A stretch of DNA of 64,000 nt from Octopus sinensis (GCF_006345805.1 NC_043003.1:100812001-100876000); one strand, 5' to 3'. Positions 46,440 through 59,600 are shown, counted from the stretch's first letter. A program made the numbers and translations. Notes: generated by a model from the sequence alone, not told the origin.

Positions 46440-49360
46440 GACAAACAGCTAAGGGACCTCCATCACCACAGAGATTTGCACAGATGACTTTGTATATTTT
46501 TTGGACTGACCACATTTTGCCACATAGATAGCTTTCTATAATTTCAGAGCAGTTTCCCAGTAAGAAATTATTTATATAGTTCAAATATATATAGCCAACA
46601 CCAAATATCTTTATGTCTGGCAATAAATATTCAGTTAAATATTCACGAGAAGCTTTCCAATACAACAAAGACTTCCCCAGTGTGTTTACAGGCCTAGGGA
46701 AATTGAGGCATGTATACAAAATTCACTTGGATGAAAAAGCTCAACCTTTCTCAATCGCCGCCCCCCAGACGACTACCACTTCCCATGGCGAAGAAAGTCC
46801 AGCAAGATTTAAAGCGATTGAAAAAAGAGAAAATTATCCGTCCAGTGAAGTCCCTGACAGACTAGTGTGTTCCCATTGTAGCAGTCCTGAAAAATGATGT
46901 AAGTCAGACTTTTGTGTCGACTACACTAAATTAAATGAAAGTGTGAAAAGGGAAAATTTTCCACTTCCTTCAACTGATCAACTTCTTGCTGAACTTGAAG
47001 GTGTTTACGAAATTTGACTGTAACAGTGGTTTCCACCAAATAGTTCTGCATGAAGATTCACAGGAACTTACCACTTTCATCACACTGTATGGATGATCCT
47101 GTTATTTATGGTTACCTTTCGGAATAAGCTCCAGACCAGAAATTTTCCACAGAGAAATATCACACATTATGTCAGGAATACCAGGGTTCATTTGTGACAT
47201 AGATGATGTTCTGGTCAGTGGAAAAACACAAGAGCACGAACAGAGGGTACAAAAGGTACTACAAAGAATGAAAGCAGCAGGTGTAACACTAAATGAAAAG
47301 TGTTTATTCTCTGCTAGTGAGGTGAAATTTCTGGGTCATATAATATCCAAAGAAGGAATCTGAGTAAAAGTAATAAAGGAACTGACAAGACCACAAAATG
47401 TATCTGAGCTAAGAAGGTTGCTCAGTATGGTAAATCATGTTGGCAAATTCACTGAGAATTTAGCAGACAACTAAACCACTCCAGGATCTACTAAAAAAAG
47501 AAACCACTTGGATATGGGACCAGCCTCAAGAATCAGCATTTGAGACTCTGAATGAAAAACTGAGCTCTGCACCAGTACTGATACATAATAGTGCTGACAA
47601 GCCAACAAAGGTCTCAGCAGATGCATCGTCTTTTGGCTTGGGTGGAGTGCTTCTTCAGAAGGAAGGTGATAGCTGGAGACCTATATTCTATGCATTGAGA
47701 TCTTTCACTGAGACAGAGCAGAGATATGCACAGATTGAGAAGGAAGCATTAGCAGTCATGTGGTGTTGTGAGAAGTTTGCTGACTTCTAGATAGGACTAC
47801 CAAAGTTCTTGATAGAAACAGATCACAAGCCTCTATTACCACTGCTAAAGACTAAATGTCTCGGTGGGTTGACTCCAAGAATTCAGCATTTTTGCATGTG
47901 CCTAATGAGATTCACCTACGAGATCATACACACTGCAGGGAAAAACCTCATTACAGCATACATCGTATCCAGGGCTCCTGGCAGCATACCAATGAAACAA
48001 GAGTTCCAGCAGAAGACAGAGACAGACATGTTCGTCTGTTCTATCATAGAGAACATCTCCGTGAGTGACAAACGACCGGAGGAAACCAGGCAGAAACAAT
48101 GCACTAATAAAATCTGTGGTCAAGTTATCAACTTTTCCCACTGGCCTGAAGCAGCCACACGAGATCCGGAACTGAGACCCTACTGGTTTGTACAGCAGTA
48201 CCTAACAGTTTATTAAGGACTCTTACTGTATCAGAGCCAACTCATCATCTCTGCTGACATCCAAAAAGACATCTTGGATCATCTACACGAAGGACACTAA
48301 GGTTTCATCAAATGCTGAGCACTGGCACAGGACAATGTTTGGTGACCAGGCCTTTCGAAGCAAATTGCTGAGAAGATAGGAGGGTGTAGTATCTGTGAGA
48401 AGGAAAAGAAATATCTACCAGAACCACTACGACATACCAAGTTACCTGACTATCCATAGCAGAAGGTAGGAATGGACTTATTCAAATTGAAAGGACACAG
48501 ATATTTATTAGTCATTGATTACTATTCTAGATGGATAGAGATATCTCATCTACAGACAACAATATCAGGCAGTATCATTGACAACTGCAAATCAATATTT
48601 GCTAGATATGGTATCAAATGTTTTTGGCTTTTTACACCTCACTGGTAGTCCCCATTATCCACAAGGAAACGGAGAGGCTGGACGTGTGGTCCAAACAGTT
48701 AAAAACCTTCTAAAACAAAAAGCAAGTGATCTATATATCGCAATGCTTAATTATTGCAGTACTCCACTACAACATGGCAAGAGTCCTTCAGAGTTGTTGA
48801 TGAATAGGAAACTCAGGACTCACATTCCAACAACTTTTTATAAAACTGTATCCTGCCAAGAAAATGCTGAGCAGCACAAGAATGCAGACTCTCGGCTCAA
48901 ATTGAAACAAAAAGTCGATTTTGACAAACGTCACCGACCTAGAGAGGACAGCCAATTTGGATGAAGACACCTAAAACCAGTCCAGCCAAAGTGGTGAAAA
49001 CTCTATTACCAAGGTCAGTACTTGTTGAGGCAGATTCAGGACTACTTCATCAAAATAGAAGCCATCTTTGCAAGAGAAGTGAGAAAACCAAGTTTCCTCA
49101 AGTAGCTACCCCAACAGAATTGTCCACCTTACCAACCATACCCAGATACATTCCTGAGTACAGCTGTGATAATTCAACAGGACATCTCACCAAACAAGTT
49201 GACCAACCTGAGACCCAGTTCACTGCGCACAGGGATGTCCCACCTTCCAGCTCAGGAAATCCCAAGCCAGTAGTGTACACCAGGAGTGGTCGGAGAATTC
49301 GACTACCAAAGAAACTGTCATTATGAATTCATAACCTGCAAGAGGTGGGTGTTATCTCCC
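46440..49360 (+). mobile_element. Decayed Ty3/Gypsy pol (Mag-like), PPT and start of 3' LTR
   Basis: FPSVFTGLGKL, VDYTKLNESVKRENFPLP, DIDDVLVSG, ADASSFGLGGVLLQK, YAQIEKEALA, ETDHKPL, SPHYPQGNGEA and TRSGR. PPT aagaggtggg at 49340-49349 is followed by TG. Confidence 0.88.
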
Positions 49361-49689
49361 TTTCATTGGTCACCTACCATAACGGAAACTCTCTAGTTTA
49401 AAAACAACACATTTGGGTCCTCTATAATGAGAAGCCATTACTGTGTATGCTTTGCTAATAAATGAACATGTCTTATCTCATGCTGCTTTGTCTTTCTATT
49501 TATCAACCAATATCATCAAGCTCCATTATACAACAAAAGCAATTGTTAGAACAATTAAAGGAAGCAAGGAAAAAATCAAAACTAATATAGTTGCTGAGTC
49601 TTCAATAACTTTAAAACACACATGATACATAATAACATTATGGAAACAATGGGAAACTCTATTATTTTGGAAACAATATAAAACCCAAT

Positions 49690-51022
49690 ATTACAACAGT
49701 ACATACACACTCATTTGCTCTCATAATGGATTCTGTAACAGAATTACAAAAGAAATTCCTGGTATGGAAGCAAAACCTGGAATTGAAGAACCTTATGGAT
49801 AACTTAGCAAAGACTAAAGTTTTTAGTAAGCAAGAAAACAGACAGAACCCTACCTGCTTCAAGTAAATACTCCTATCTAATATATAGGAAACGTGTAGGC
49901 AGGAATTCCATACAGTGTACCCAATGCAAGCTATGGACACACAAGAGGTGCAGTGAATAATAGGAGGGTTATCAGAGAAAGTAGTGTTTCTATGTGAAAG
50001 ATGCACATGAACCATAAAAACGACAGATACACAGGAAATTGATTTTCTCAAATACTCCAGAGGCTCTTTAAAGGTAGTGGATAATTTCTGCTACGTAGGA
50101 GACCTAATTAGTAAAGTGGGGGATGTACAGAAAGAGTAATCACTAGAATAAGAATAGGATGCAGACAATTCAGAGAGCTTTTATGTTTGTTGGCAACCAA
50201 ATGTCTCTCCAAATGAAAGGAAGATTGTATGATGCATATATACAAACAGCAGAGGACAAGCAAAGGCTAGAGAGGAATAAAGCTAGTATATGTTCTGCTG
50301 GATGTGCAATGCACATGTACATGTGCAACAGAGTGCTAGTGTATTGAGAGGAAAGTTAGGCGTAAGAGGAATTAGGAGTAGTGTGCAAGAGAGAAGACTG
50401 GACTGGTTTGGTCATATGATATTGATGAATGTAGACAGTGGCATAGAGAAGTGGATGGAGCTTGTGGAAGAGGGAGATCCAAGTACTAAAGTCTGATCTC
50501 AGGACACTGAGCTTTACAAAGGAGGTGACAAAGGACCATGATATCTGGCACCATGCCGTTCTCAAGAAGACTTTTCTGCTACAGAAAAGTTGTTAATGCT
50601 CCCTCCTTGTTGAAAGGGATTTTGCTTTGCAAGAGCTTTGTGCCATGTAAAAAGAACCAATGCTGGTGCCATGAAGAATTATCTGCATTGGTCCATGTAA
50701 AAAGTACTGTGCCAATTCCACATAAAAGTAACCATGCCAGACCATGTAAAAAGCAAGCAACCATGCCAGGCCAAGTAACAAGCTCCCATGCTAGGCTACA
50801 TAGAGGACATCCATGGTGGTACCATATAAAAAAGGACTTGTGCCAGTGCCATGTAAAAAGCACACAGAACAATCTGTAAAGTGGTTGGTATTAGGAAGGG
50901 CATCCATCTATAGAAACCAAGCCAAATCATACTGGAACCTGGCCCAGCTCTGGTCAAACCATCCAATTTATGCCAACATGGAAAACAAACGTTAAATGAA
51001 GATGATGATGATGATGATGATG
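49690..51022 (+). mobile_element. RTE-clade LINE 3' half with 3' UTR
   Basis: ALIMDSVTELQKKF, VGRNSIQCTQCKLWTHKRC, VDNFCY.GD, KGRLYDA and ERRLDWFGH, then a repeat-rich UTR and (GAT)n tail. Confidence 0.8.
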
Positions 51023-51339
51023 ATATATATAATCACACACAATAGTTGTATTTATTAGCCCTATTTCAATAAATAATTGTTATAAATTTGTTGTGTTTTT
51101 TAACATCCTTTGCTTTACATTAAGAACACATCTTTTGCCGTATATTCTCACTCACAATTAAAAATAAATACGGTTGGCAAGAAAACATTCAGTAAAACTT
51201 TTGCAAAACTTTTGTACAAAGAAATGAAAGTGTTATCACAATGACTAAAAAAAAATAAAAGTTGCACTCCCAAAGACAACATAAGTCACATAAAAAGCTG
51301 AATAGAAACTGGAATGTGATGACAGTTATGAATACAAAC

Positions 51340-51495
51340 CTGCAAGATGGTAACGGTCTGATTAAAGTGGTGATGTTCCATTGTTGAAGTTGTATAAAGG
51401 GCTGCTAGTGGAGATTCAGACAATTTCATGAATTGATTAGTTTTACCACGATGATCAAGATCATGGCACAAGCAGGCAATGAATAGTGCAATACT
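51340..51495 (-). CDS. PDE10A: PDE10A-like exon [52 protein letters not shown]
   Basis: Acceptor ttgattctttgacag, donor GTTTGT, 156 nt, phases 0/0. Contains the class I PDEase signature HDLDHRG and E-HH. Confidence 0.95.
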
Positions 51496-51544
51496 CTGTC
51501 AAAGAATCAAAAATATTAAACTATTACACACATGCTTGCATGCA

Positions 51545-51634
<90 letters not shown>

Positions 51635-52821
51635 TTATGAAGTAGACAGAATTAAAAACTTAATAAAACAGGATATGAATGGTGTAACAGACAGGTAGAT
51701 ACAAGACAACAACTGAAGTGGTCAATGAATGAACAATAAACAACTCTAACTAAAACAAAACATGGTTTAGCAAAATAGGATGACATTATGCAAGTGACAA
51801 GTAATGACAGAATTATTACTGACCTGGTCAGGGAAAACAGTATACAGAGAAATATCAACAAAGCTGACCAATGAAAAAAAAAGAACAAATGAATTGGCAA
51901 ATAAAACAACACCAACTGCAGAAAAGGTTTCAATGTGAGGAATTTTCCAATGACAACAGCTATAGACATGTGCACACACATACATGATATTACTGGAAGT
52001 TGAAACCTCATAAGTCATTAGTCTAAACTTCTCATTTCCAAATTTGGGACGATAAATTTTTATCTGAAGTTCATAAAGGAGAAACTCAGAGACACCATTT
52101 CTGCAGTTTCAGCTTCCAATAAAATAAAATACAACACTCCATTTTCATTAGTCAGTACACTCTTCCCTTTCTTTCATATTTATTTTTTTATATCCATATT
52201 GATACACACACACACACACATCAATATTTATAATACACTACATGTCTTTTTATATATGCTTTTTTGGGGGAGTAATACATTAGTGTTTGAAGTTGTTGAA
52301 TTTGTTCTACTTTGTAAGATTTACTTTTTAAATCATTTGACATGACCTGGAGTCATTCTCTTTATTTTTGCATGTGTCAGCATTTCTACTTTTTTGCTGT
52401 AACAGCGACTCTGCTTAGGTGTTCCATTTGCTTTTCGTATTTAAAAGTTCATTCTGCATTCTTAATATTTAACTAATCTTTTCTTACATATAATAAATGC
52501 AATGTGTTTCACATCAGTCAGGTTAGTTGGGAGAAACTAAAACAACAGAGTGGGAGTGAGTGATGGTCAGAGATGCTAAATGCAGATGAACTGTAATTAG
52601 ATGTTTTGCTGCGTTTCATTTTAATCAAAGTGAATATATATATATATATATTCATGGGGAAGGCTAGTTTATGGGATTACTGTGGGTTTCCCATCCATAA
52701 AGGGTTTAATTTTTATGGCATATTATCAGACTCCAAAACCTGTTGGCCAAAGACCTAAGGTCTTAGACCAACAGGTTTTGGGATCTGACAATATTCCATA
52801 AAACTAAACCCTTTATGGATG

Positions 52822-55034
52822 GGAAACCCACAGTAATCCCATAAACCAGCCTTCCTCATGAAAATATAAACTGCTCTACATCTTAGAGTGTGCTTCTTCA
52901 CCGGATATATATATATACTAGCATTAAAGACCCGTCGTTGCCGGGTCATAGTGCTAGTGCATGTATATATGTGTATATATATATGTACATATTACATGTA
53001 CATCTATATATATACATCTACACATAAAATACAAAATACAAAGTTATATCTTGATATCGCTAGTGATAACAATACTCAAAATATATAACAGACTGCAATT
53101 GTTAGCCCGTCTCTTGTAATTTCGATTAATTGTATCTTGTCCTCCCTCTTGTATAGAAGTGTGGCTACAATCTAGCCTACCTCTACTTCGGGAAGGGGTG
53201 GGGGGCATTAAAAATTTTTTTCCAGGACGTCCTACGTCCCAGATATAAAGGTAAAAATAAAATATTTCCACTTTGCAAGTTCAAGTCAAGTACTCCCTTG
53301 CACGCTCCGTTGATTTGAACCTTGCTTCTATTGTGGCGAATTTACCACCTCTGATTAGATACCTTTCATAGTCACACCAAGACACTTTTCGAAGGTGCTT
53401 TCCTCCATGTGTTCAAATCTTCTTATTTCTCTAGATTGTATACTTTATAGACAATAATCTTTTCTTTAATTTAATTTTTTATTATCCATCTGGACTATTC
53501 CATTTCTGCACACTAATTTTATTTTTAATTTATTCCCATTCATGTGAAACCACTTCAAATCATTGATGCAATTTTATACCAATTGCTATTTGAATGGAAT
53601 TGGTTGTGTAGTTCTCAAGTTTTAGGGAAACACACAGACAGACAGACAGACACACATTCTCAGAGTGACCAGTCCGTCAGGCATCCATTTGACACCGCTG
53701 GTCACAGCACGCTGTCCCCTCCTCTCTGGATCACGCCTTTCTCATCCACGTGATCCCAATCGTCCTCCTGAAATCATAACTCCACCATCGTGGAGGCCTT
53801 CCGGGTGGTCGTTTCTGCTTGCGTGGGTACCACTCGACAACTGCGCAGGTCCACCGATTATCGGTGAGCCGGGCGACGTGTCCAGCCCATCTAAACTTGC
53901 TGCGTGTATACTCTGCGATGACATCTGTGGAAACCCACAGTAATCCATAAACCAGCCTTCCTCATGAAAATATAAACTGCTCTACATCTTAGAGTGTGCT
54001 TCTTCACCGGATATATATATATACTAGCATTAAAGACCCGTCGTTGCCGGGTCATAGTGCTAGTGCATGTATATATGTGTATATATATATGTACATATTA
54101 CATGTACATCTATATATATACATCTACACATAAAATACAAAATACAAAGTTATATCTTGATATCGCTAGTGATAACAATACTCAAAATATATAACAGACT
54201 GCAATTGTTAGCCCGTCTCTTGTAATTTCGATTAATTGTATCTTGTCCTCCCTCTTGTATAGAAGTGTGGCTACAATCTAGCCTACCTCTACTTCGGGAA
54301 GGGGTGGGGGGCATTAAAAATTTTTTTCCAGGACGTCCTACGTCCCAGATATAAAGGTAAAAATAAAATATTTCCACTTTGCAAGTTCAAGTCAAGTACT
54401 CCCTTGCACGCTCCGTTGATTTGAACCTTGCTTCTATTGTGGCGAATTTACCACCTCTGATTAGATACCTTTCATAGTCACACCAAGACACTTTTCGAAG
54501 GTGCTTTCCTCCATGTGTTCAAATCTTCTTATTTCTCTAGATTGTATACTTTATAGACAATAATCTTTTCTTTAATTTAATTTTTTATTATCCATCTGGA
54601 CTATTCCATTTCTGCACACTAATTTTATTTTTAATTTATTCCCATTCATGTGAAACCACTTCAAATCATTGATGCAATTTTATACCAATTGCTATTTGAA
54701 TGGAATTGGTTGTGTAGTTCTCAAGTTTTAGGGAAACACACAGACAGACAGACAGACACACATTCTCAGAGTGACCAGTCCGTCAGGCATCCATTTGACA
54801 CCGCTGGTCACAGCACGCTGTCCCCTCCTCTCTGGATCACGCCTTTCTCATCCACGTGATCCCAATCGTCCTCCTGAAATCATAACTCCACCATCGTGGA
54901 GGCCTTCCGGGTGGTCGTTTCTGCTTGCGTGGGTACCACTCGACAACTGCGCAGGTCCACCGATTATCGGTGAGCCGGGCGACGTGTCCAGCCCATCTAA
55001 ACTTGCTGCGTGTATACTCTGCGATGACATCTGT
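52822..55034. repeat. Near-identical 1106-bp tandem duplication
   Basis: ORF pairs 52888/53994, 53044/54150, 53544/54650 and 53665/54771 have identical translations at a fixed 1106-bp offset. Confidence 0.95.
53670..53925 (-). mobile_element. RTE LINE C-terminal fragment (second copy about 54776-55031)
   Basis: KFRWAGHVARLTDNRWT..WYPR..KRPPGRP is the typical RTE ORF2 end. Confidence 0.8.
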
Positions 55035-55074
55035 GGAAACCCACAGTAATCCCATAAACTAGCCTTCCCCATGA

Positions 55075-55118
<44 letters not shown>

Positions 55119-55439
55119 TTTCATTTTAGTATATTTTTTCATGCTTGCTCTTCCTGAAACTGACCCTTATTTCTTTTTCCAAGCAAAGAACATATACATG
55201 CACACTCATGCATAAATGCATGTATAAATATGCATATGCATGAGTGTATGTGTGTGTGTGTGTGTGTGTGCGCACGCGTGTGTATGGCTGTGTGGTAAGA
55301 AGTTTGTTTTCCAACCACATGGTTCTGGGTTCAGTCCCTGTAACTTAGTAGCTTGGCAAAAAGAAACCATTAGAATAGGTAACAGGCTTAAAATTAAACT
55401 ATTTCTCTAACTCCAACAGAATTACAGTCTTTTAGTGAC

Positions 55440-56026
55440 ATTAAAGAAAAATTAACTAGAATTACTCTACTAACCAGATGCAACTCTGTCATTGATGATA
55501 GATGCATCTGAAATTGGAATCGGTGGAGTACTGTAATGGTTTATCCAAAATTCCTGACAACTTCTTTCTCATTTTTTTGGAAACATTTTAAGTTAGCTGA
55601 AATAAGATATTGTACATTTGGATAAAAGTATTGGCAATACATTTGAAGAACATTTGCCATTTATACGATCATAAAATATTAATCCAAAATGGATAAATAC
55701 ACCCCAAGAGACATCAGACACCTTGCTTATATTTCACAGTTTACTGTGGATATTCATCATATCAAGGGTAGTGAAAATTTTGCAACAGATACATTATTTT
55801 TCTATTCTTTTACTTGTTTCAGTCATGTTGGGATACTGCCTTGAAGAATTTCAATAAAATGAATCAACACCAGTACTTATTTTTATTTTTTATCATTCTA
55901 TCAGTCTCTTTTGCCAAATCAATAAGTTATAGAAATTTAAACATACCAGCACCAGTTGTCAAACAGTAGTGAAGGACAAACACAAACTCAAAGACACACA
56001 GAGTCTCACACACACACACACACACA

Positions 56027-56057
<31 letters not shown>

Positions 56058-57730
56058 CATGCATGTGACAGGTTTACTTTCAATTTCCATCTTTCAAATC
56101 CACTCACAAGGCTTTGGTCACTCTGAGGTTACAGTAGAAAATTCTCAACCAAGTGCCATGCAGTGAGATTAAACCTGGAATTATGTTGTTGAGAGCTTTG
56201 TATTCTGCTGATACTAGAAATTTGGAAAGAATTGCTACAGTTAAGAAAGGCAATGGAGAATTATTGCAACTCCAAAATTCAGTCATCTTCTCTAGATTTT
56301 CATCTCTTACCTCAACAATCTAGAGTTTCACTTATGGAATGATGTTTCAACTGGATCTTCTAGACCTTATGTCCTGGAAAACCATAGATAAATGGTCTTT
56401 CAGTTCTTCATGATTTATCTCATTCTGGTATTTTAGCAACAGAGAAATTAGTTTCAGCCAATTTTGTATGGCCAAATATGTAGAGTACATATTTGTAATT
56501 GAATACAACATTGTATTTCCTGCCAAAAACCCAAAGTTCACTGCCACATCAAGGTTCCACATGGTACATTTGCCACTCCTGGTGCTCATTTTAAACATAT
56601 CCGCATAGATATTGTGGGTCCTCTACTACCAGTACAATATAAAATGTATCCCTCAGCTTGTATAGACAATTATTCCAGATATCCTGAAGCCATACCAATT
56701 AAAGATATTTCATCCCTTAGAAGTTTCAAAGACTCCGATGGCCTAATGGATTTCATGTTTATGTGTACCTTTGACAACAATCAACAGGGGTCGTCAATTC
56801 GAATCCAGTCTTTTCCTTGACTTATCTAATCTATTAGATACACAAAGAATTTCTACTACAGCTTGTTACCCCATGTCTAACAGAATGATAGAAACTTAAA
56901 GCAGCTTTATGAGTATATACAGATTTGGGGAGTTGGTTAGAAGCCCTGTTTACTAGGTTTATGCACCACTATTAACAAAGACCTAGGTTACTCCCCAAAT
57001 TAATTACTGAATGGTTCACTTATGCTGCCTGGTCAGATGGTAGTTGCAACAGCTAATCAACAGCATAATCTTACAAACAATATTCATTATGGTGAAGTTA
57101 CATGGCAGAGTTACCATTTTTCTTCCATATGAACACAAATATCTGGACTCAAGTCTTCATGTGCAACAATGTAGTTAAGCATCCTTAGCACTCTGTTTAT
57201 TCTAGACTGTACTGTGTACTAAAAGCTAGACCAAATTATACGGTCTTAGATATTCAGTAGAGACAGGAGATTGTCAGTGCTGATCCACTTAAGCAGGCTT
57301 TTGTTGAGTCCATTCACCCACCACAACAACCTTATTCCTCATCTGCCACTCACAAACAAATCTACATAAGAAAATAGCACGTTATCCAATGATATCACAC
57401 CTCATACAGACAGGGTAACCAAAAGTGGAAGAAGAGTCCATTGGCCAACAAAATACATTTGGACTTACTTCTGTTAACTAAAACAAACCCCATTTTTTTT
57501 ACAGTTGTTTAAAAAACAGTAAAACTACAGAACTGTTTGCATAGCTTTGAACTTATCATTGTTACATGAACATTATCTCAGCATTTATTCTGTGTTCAAT
57601 GCATATTTTGGTTGTTCTTTTGCTTTTGTTTTGCACTTGTGTTTCTAAAGTAACTTCTGTTTTATTATTTCATTCTGTTTTGCTCTAACTATAAAGAACT
57701 GAGGTAGACTACTTGAAGTGGGGGATGCCA
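55440..57730 (+). mobile_element. Old Gypsy fossil (RNase H and integrase), CsRn1-like, split by a SINE at 55795-56195
   Basis: [60 protein letters not shown] and TKSGRRVHWP. A purine tract aagtggggga lies near 57716-57725. Confidence 0.75.
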
Positions 57731-57779
57731 ATGAATATCTTGCTCACCATCTGTTGCATGTTCCACTTTACGCTTCCAC

Positions 57780-59020
57780 CTAAACCACCTCCTCCATGAC
57801 TTTCTTGCTCGCACTGAACAACATAAATTCCACTCACTCTTTCACCTTGTCCCACCCAGTGCCACTACAGCCACTCCTCCCTCTCCAATCCACTCCTCTC
57901 CAATCCACTCCTCTCCAATCCACTCCTCTCCAATCCACTCCTCTCTCATCCTCATTCCCACCCTCCCATACACCACTTCCTTCTTCATCATCAACATCTC
58001 CCTGACCAAACTCTCAGCCCTCAATGTCTCCAATGCCACAAAGATATCATCATCAAACCAGCTGACGAGGATGGACCTGTAGTAGTGTGGTGTGCAGACC
58101 TTTACAGGGCTGAAGCTTTCCGTCAACTTCAAGACACCACCTTCTATTGCCCTCTGCTCTCCAACCCCATGCCTAACTACCAACAGACTGTGTCCTCCAC
58201 TATTCATGACCTCATTTTCTTCTGTCTCCCTCCCACTGTCTCCAGTCTCATTGTCTGTACCCCACGCATCTCTACTATTTATTTCCTTCCCAAAATTCAC
58301 AAACCCAACAACCCTGGATGCCCCATTGTCTTCACCATAGATTTCCCCACTGAAATGATCTCCAAATACCTCAACTGTGTCCTTGCACCCCAAGTGGCTT
58401 CCCTCCCCTCACACATTCACAACACCAATCATGTTCTCCGTCTGTTTAACTCTTTCTCTTTCCCTTCAGTCCCCTCTCAACTTCTGTTCACTCACGCCAT
58501 TAAATCTTTGTATACGGTGATCCCACACAACGAAGGCCTTCAGGAGTGGCCATGGGAATGAGGATGAACCCAACTATGTGAACCTATTTGTTGGCTGTGT
58601 TGAAGCCCAAATATTCTCACAATTCACTGGTCCCACTCCTGAGCTATACAGTCATTATATCTTTGACTGTATTGACGTGACCTCACTCTCCCGTGAACAT
58701 CTGGACACTTTCCTCTCTTTTGTCCAAACATTCCATCCTGCCCTCAAATTCTCCTGCACTATCCCTAACTCTTCCATCAAATTTCTTGATATTTCTGTCA
58801 GCATACACCACTCCGCTCTCATTACCTCTACCCACTACAAACACACTGACTCACACTCATACCTTAACTTCTCCTCCCACCTTACCCACACCACGCTCTC
58901 CATCCCATACTCCCAAATCCTCCATCTACACAGGCTCTGCAGTGATGACTATGACTTCAAGACTCAGTCTCAACTCATGGCTGACCACTTCACCCTACAT
59001 ACTATCTACACTGCCGTAGC
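57780..59020 (+). mobile_element. Penelope-like RT fragment
   Basis: YFLPKIHKPNNPG.PIV, KSLYTVIPHNEG, VAMG.RM.P.Y.NLFVG, KFLDISV and KHTDSHSYL. Includes a 15-bp minisatellite (ccactcctctccaat, about 4 copies, 57880-57945). Confidence 0.85.
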
Positions 59021-59314
59021 CCTGAATCATATGGGCATGGATAGGACGCTGTGTCTCGCAAGGAGGATTGACACCAATGTTACCTGATAGAGCATCCAGA
59101 ATGTGGTCAGGAACTGTGACAGGTGTCAATCCACCAACCCTGCTCTGGGTGTGCATGAGCAGGGAAACGTTTCGGTAGAGCACAACTGGAGACGATTAGC
59201 AGTGGATGTAACACACTACTGGCAGGGGACATATCTCTCCATGGTTGATTGTGGGCCAGGCCGGATAGCCATTTGGCAGAAATTGAGGACAGGCACTGCA
59301 GACAAGATGGTGAG
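59021..59314 (+). mobile_element. Integrase fragment of the LTR family seen at 12300-14350
   Basis: LNHMGMDRTL, CDRCQS and NWRRLAVDVTHY..YLSMVDCGPGRIAIW. Confidence 0.75.
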
Positions 59315-59581
59315 TGTCTCGACTGCTGTTATTTGATTGTCTCGACTGCTGTTATTTGCCTGCAGTGCAGCTGCATGGAGTTCTGTTCTGTTTGCGGCAT
59401 GATGTGTTCAGTGTTGGTTTTTAGTTAGTCGAGACTGTAGCAACTCACAGCATAAAACTGTTATTGTGTTGAAGTTTGGTTTTGCTTACAATTTAGCAAT
59501 CTTTGTTTGTATTGTAGATTGCTGTATTTTTAGTTGATTAAAACCTTTTAAACTTAGATATTCCAGTTTGGGTTTATAACA
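59315..59581 (+). repeat. 5' LTR (5' end truncated or rearranged)
   Basis: Matches the 3' LTR over about 205 bp, with about 7 substitutions and a 4-bp indel by eye. Ends ...tttataaca. A 23-bp tandem duplication lies at 59315-59360. Confidence 0.88.
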
Positions 59582-59582
59582 A

Positions 59583-59600
59583 TTTAATCAACTAGAAATA
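59583..59600 (+). promoter_or_regulatory. PBS-position sequence complementary to the element's own LTR (candidate self-priming site)
   Basis: tttaatcaactagaaata pairs with 59525-59542 (17 Watson-Crick pairs plus 1 G-U). There is no TGG. Confidence 0.65.

Larger units (their letters stand above)
52651..55075. mobile_element. Composite TIR-bounded element: fold-back MITE plus duplicated cargo
   Basis: Perfect 41-bp TIRs at 52651-52691 and 55035-55075, both abutting (TA)n. An internal hairpin spans 52651-52867. Confidence 0.7.
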
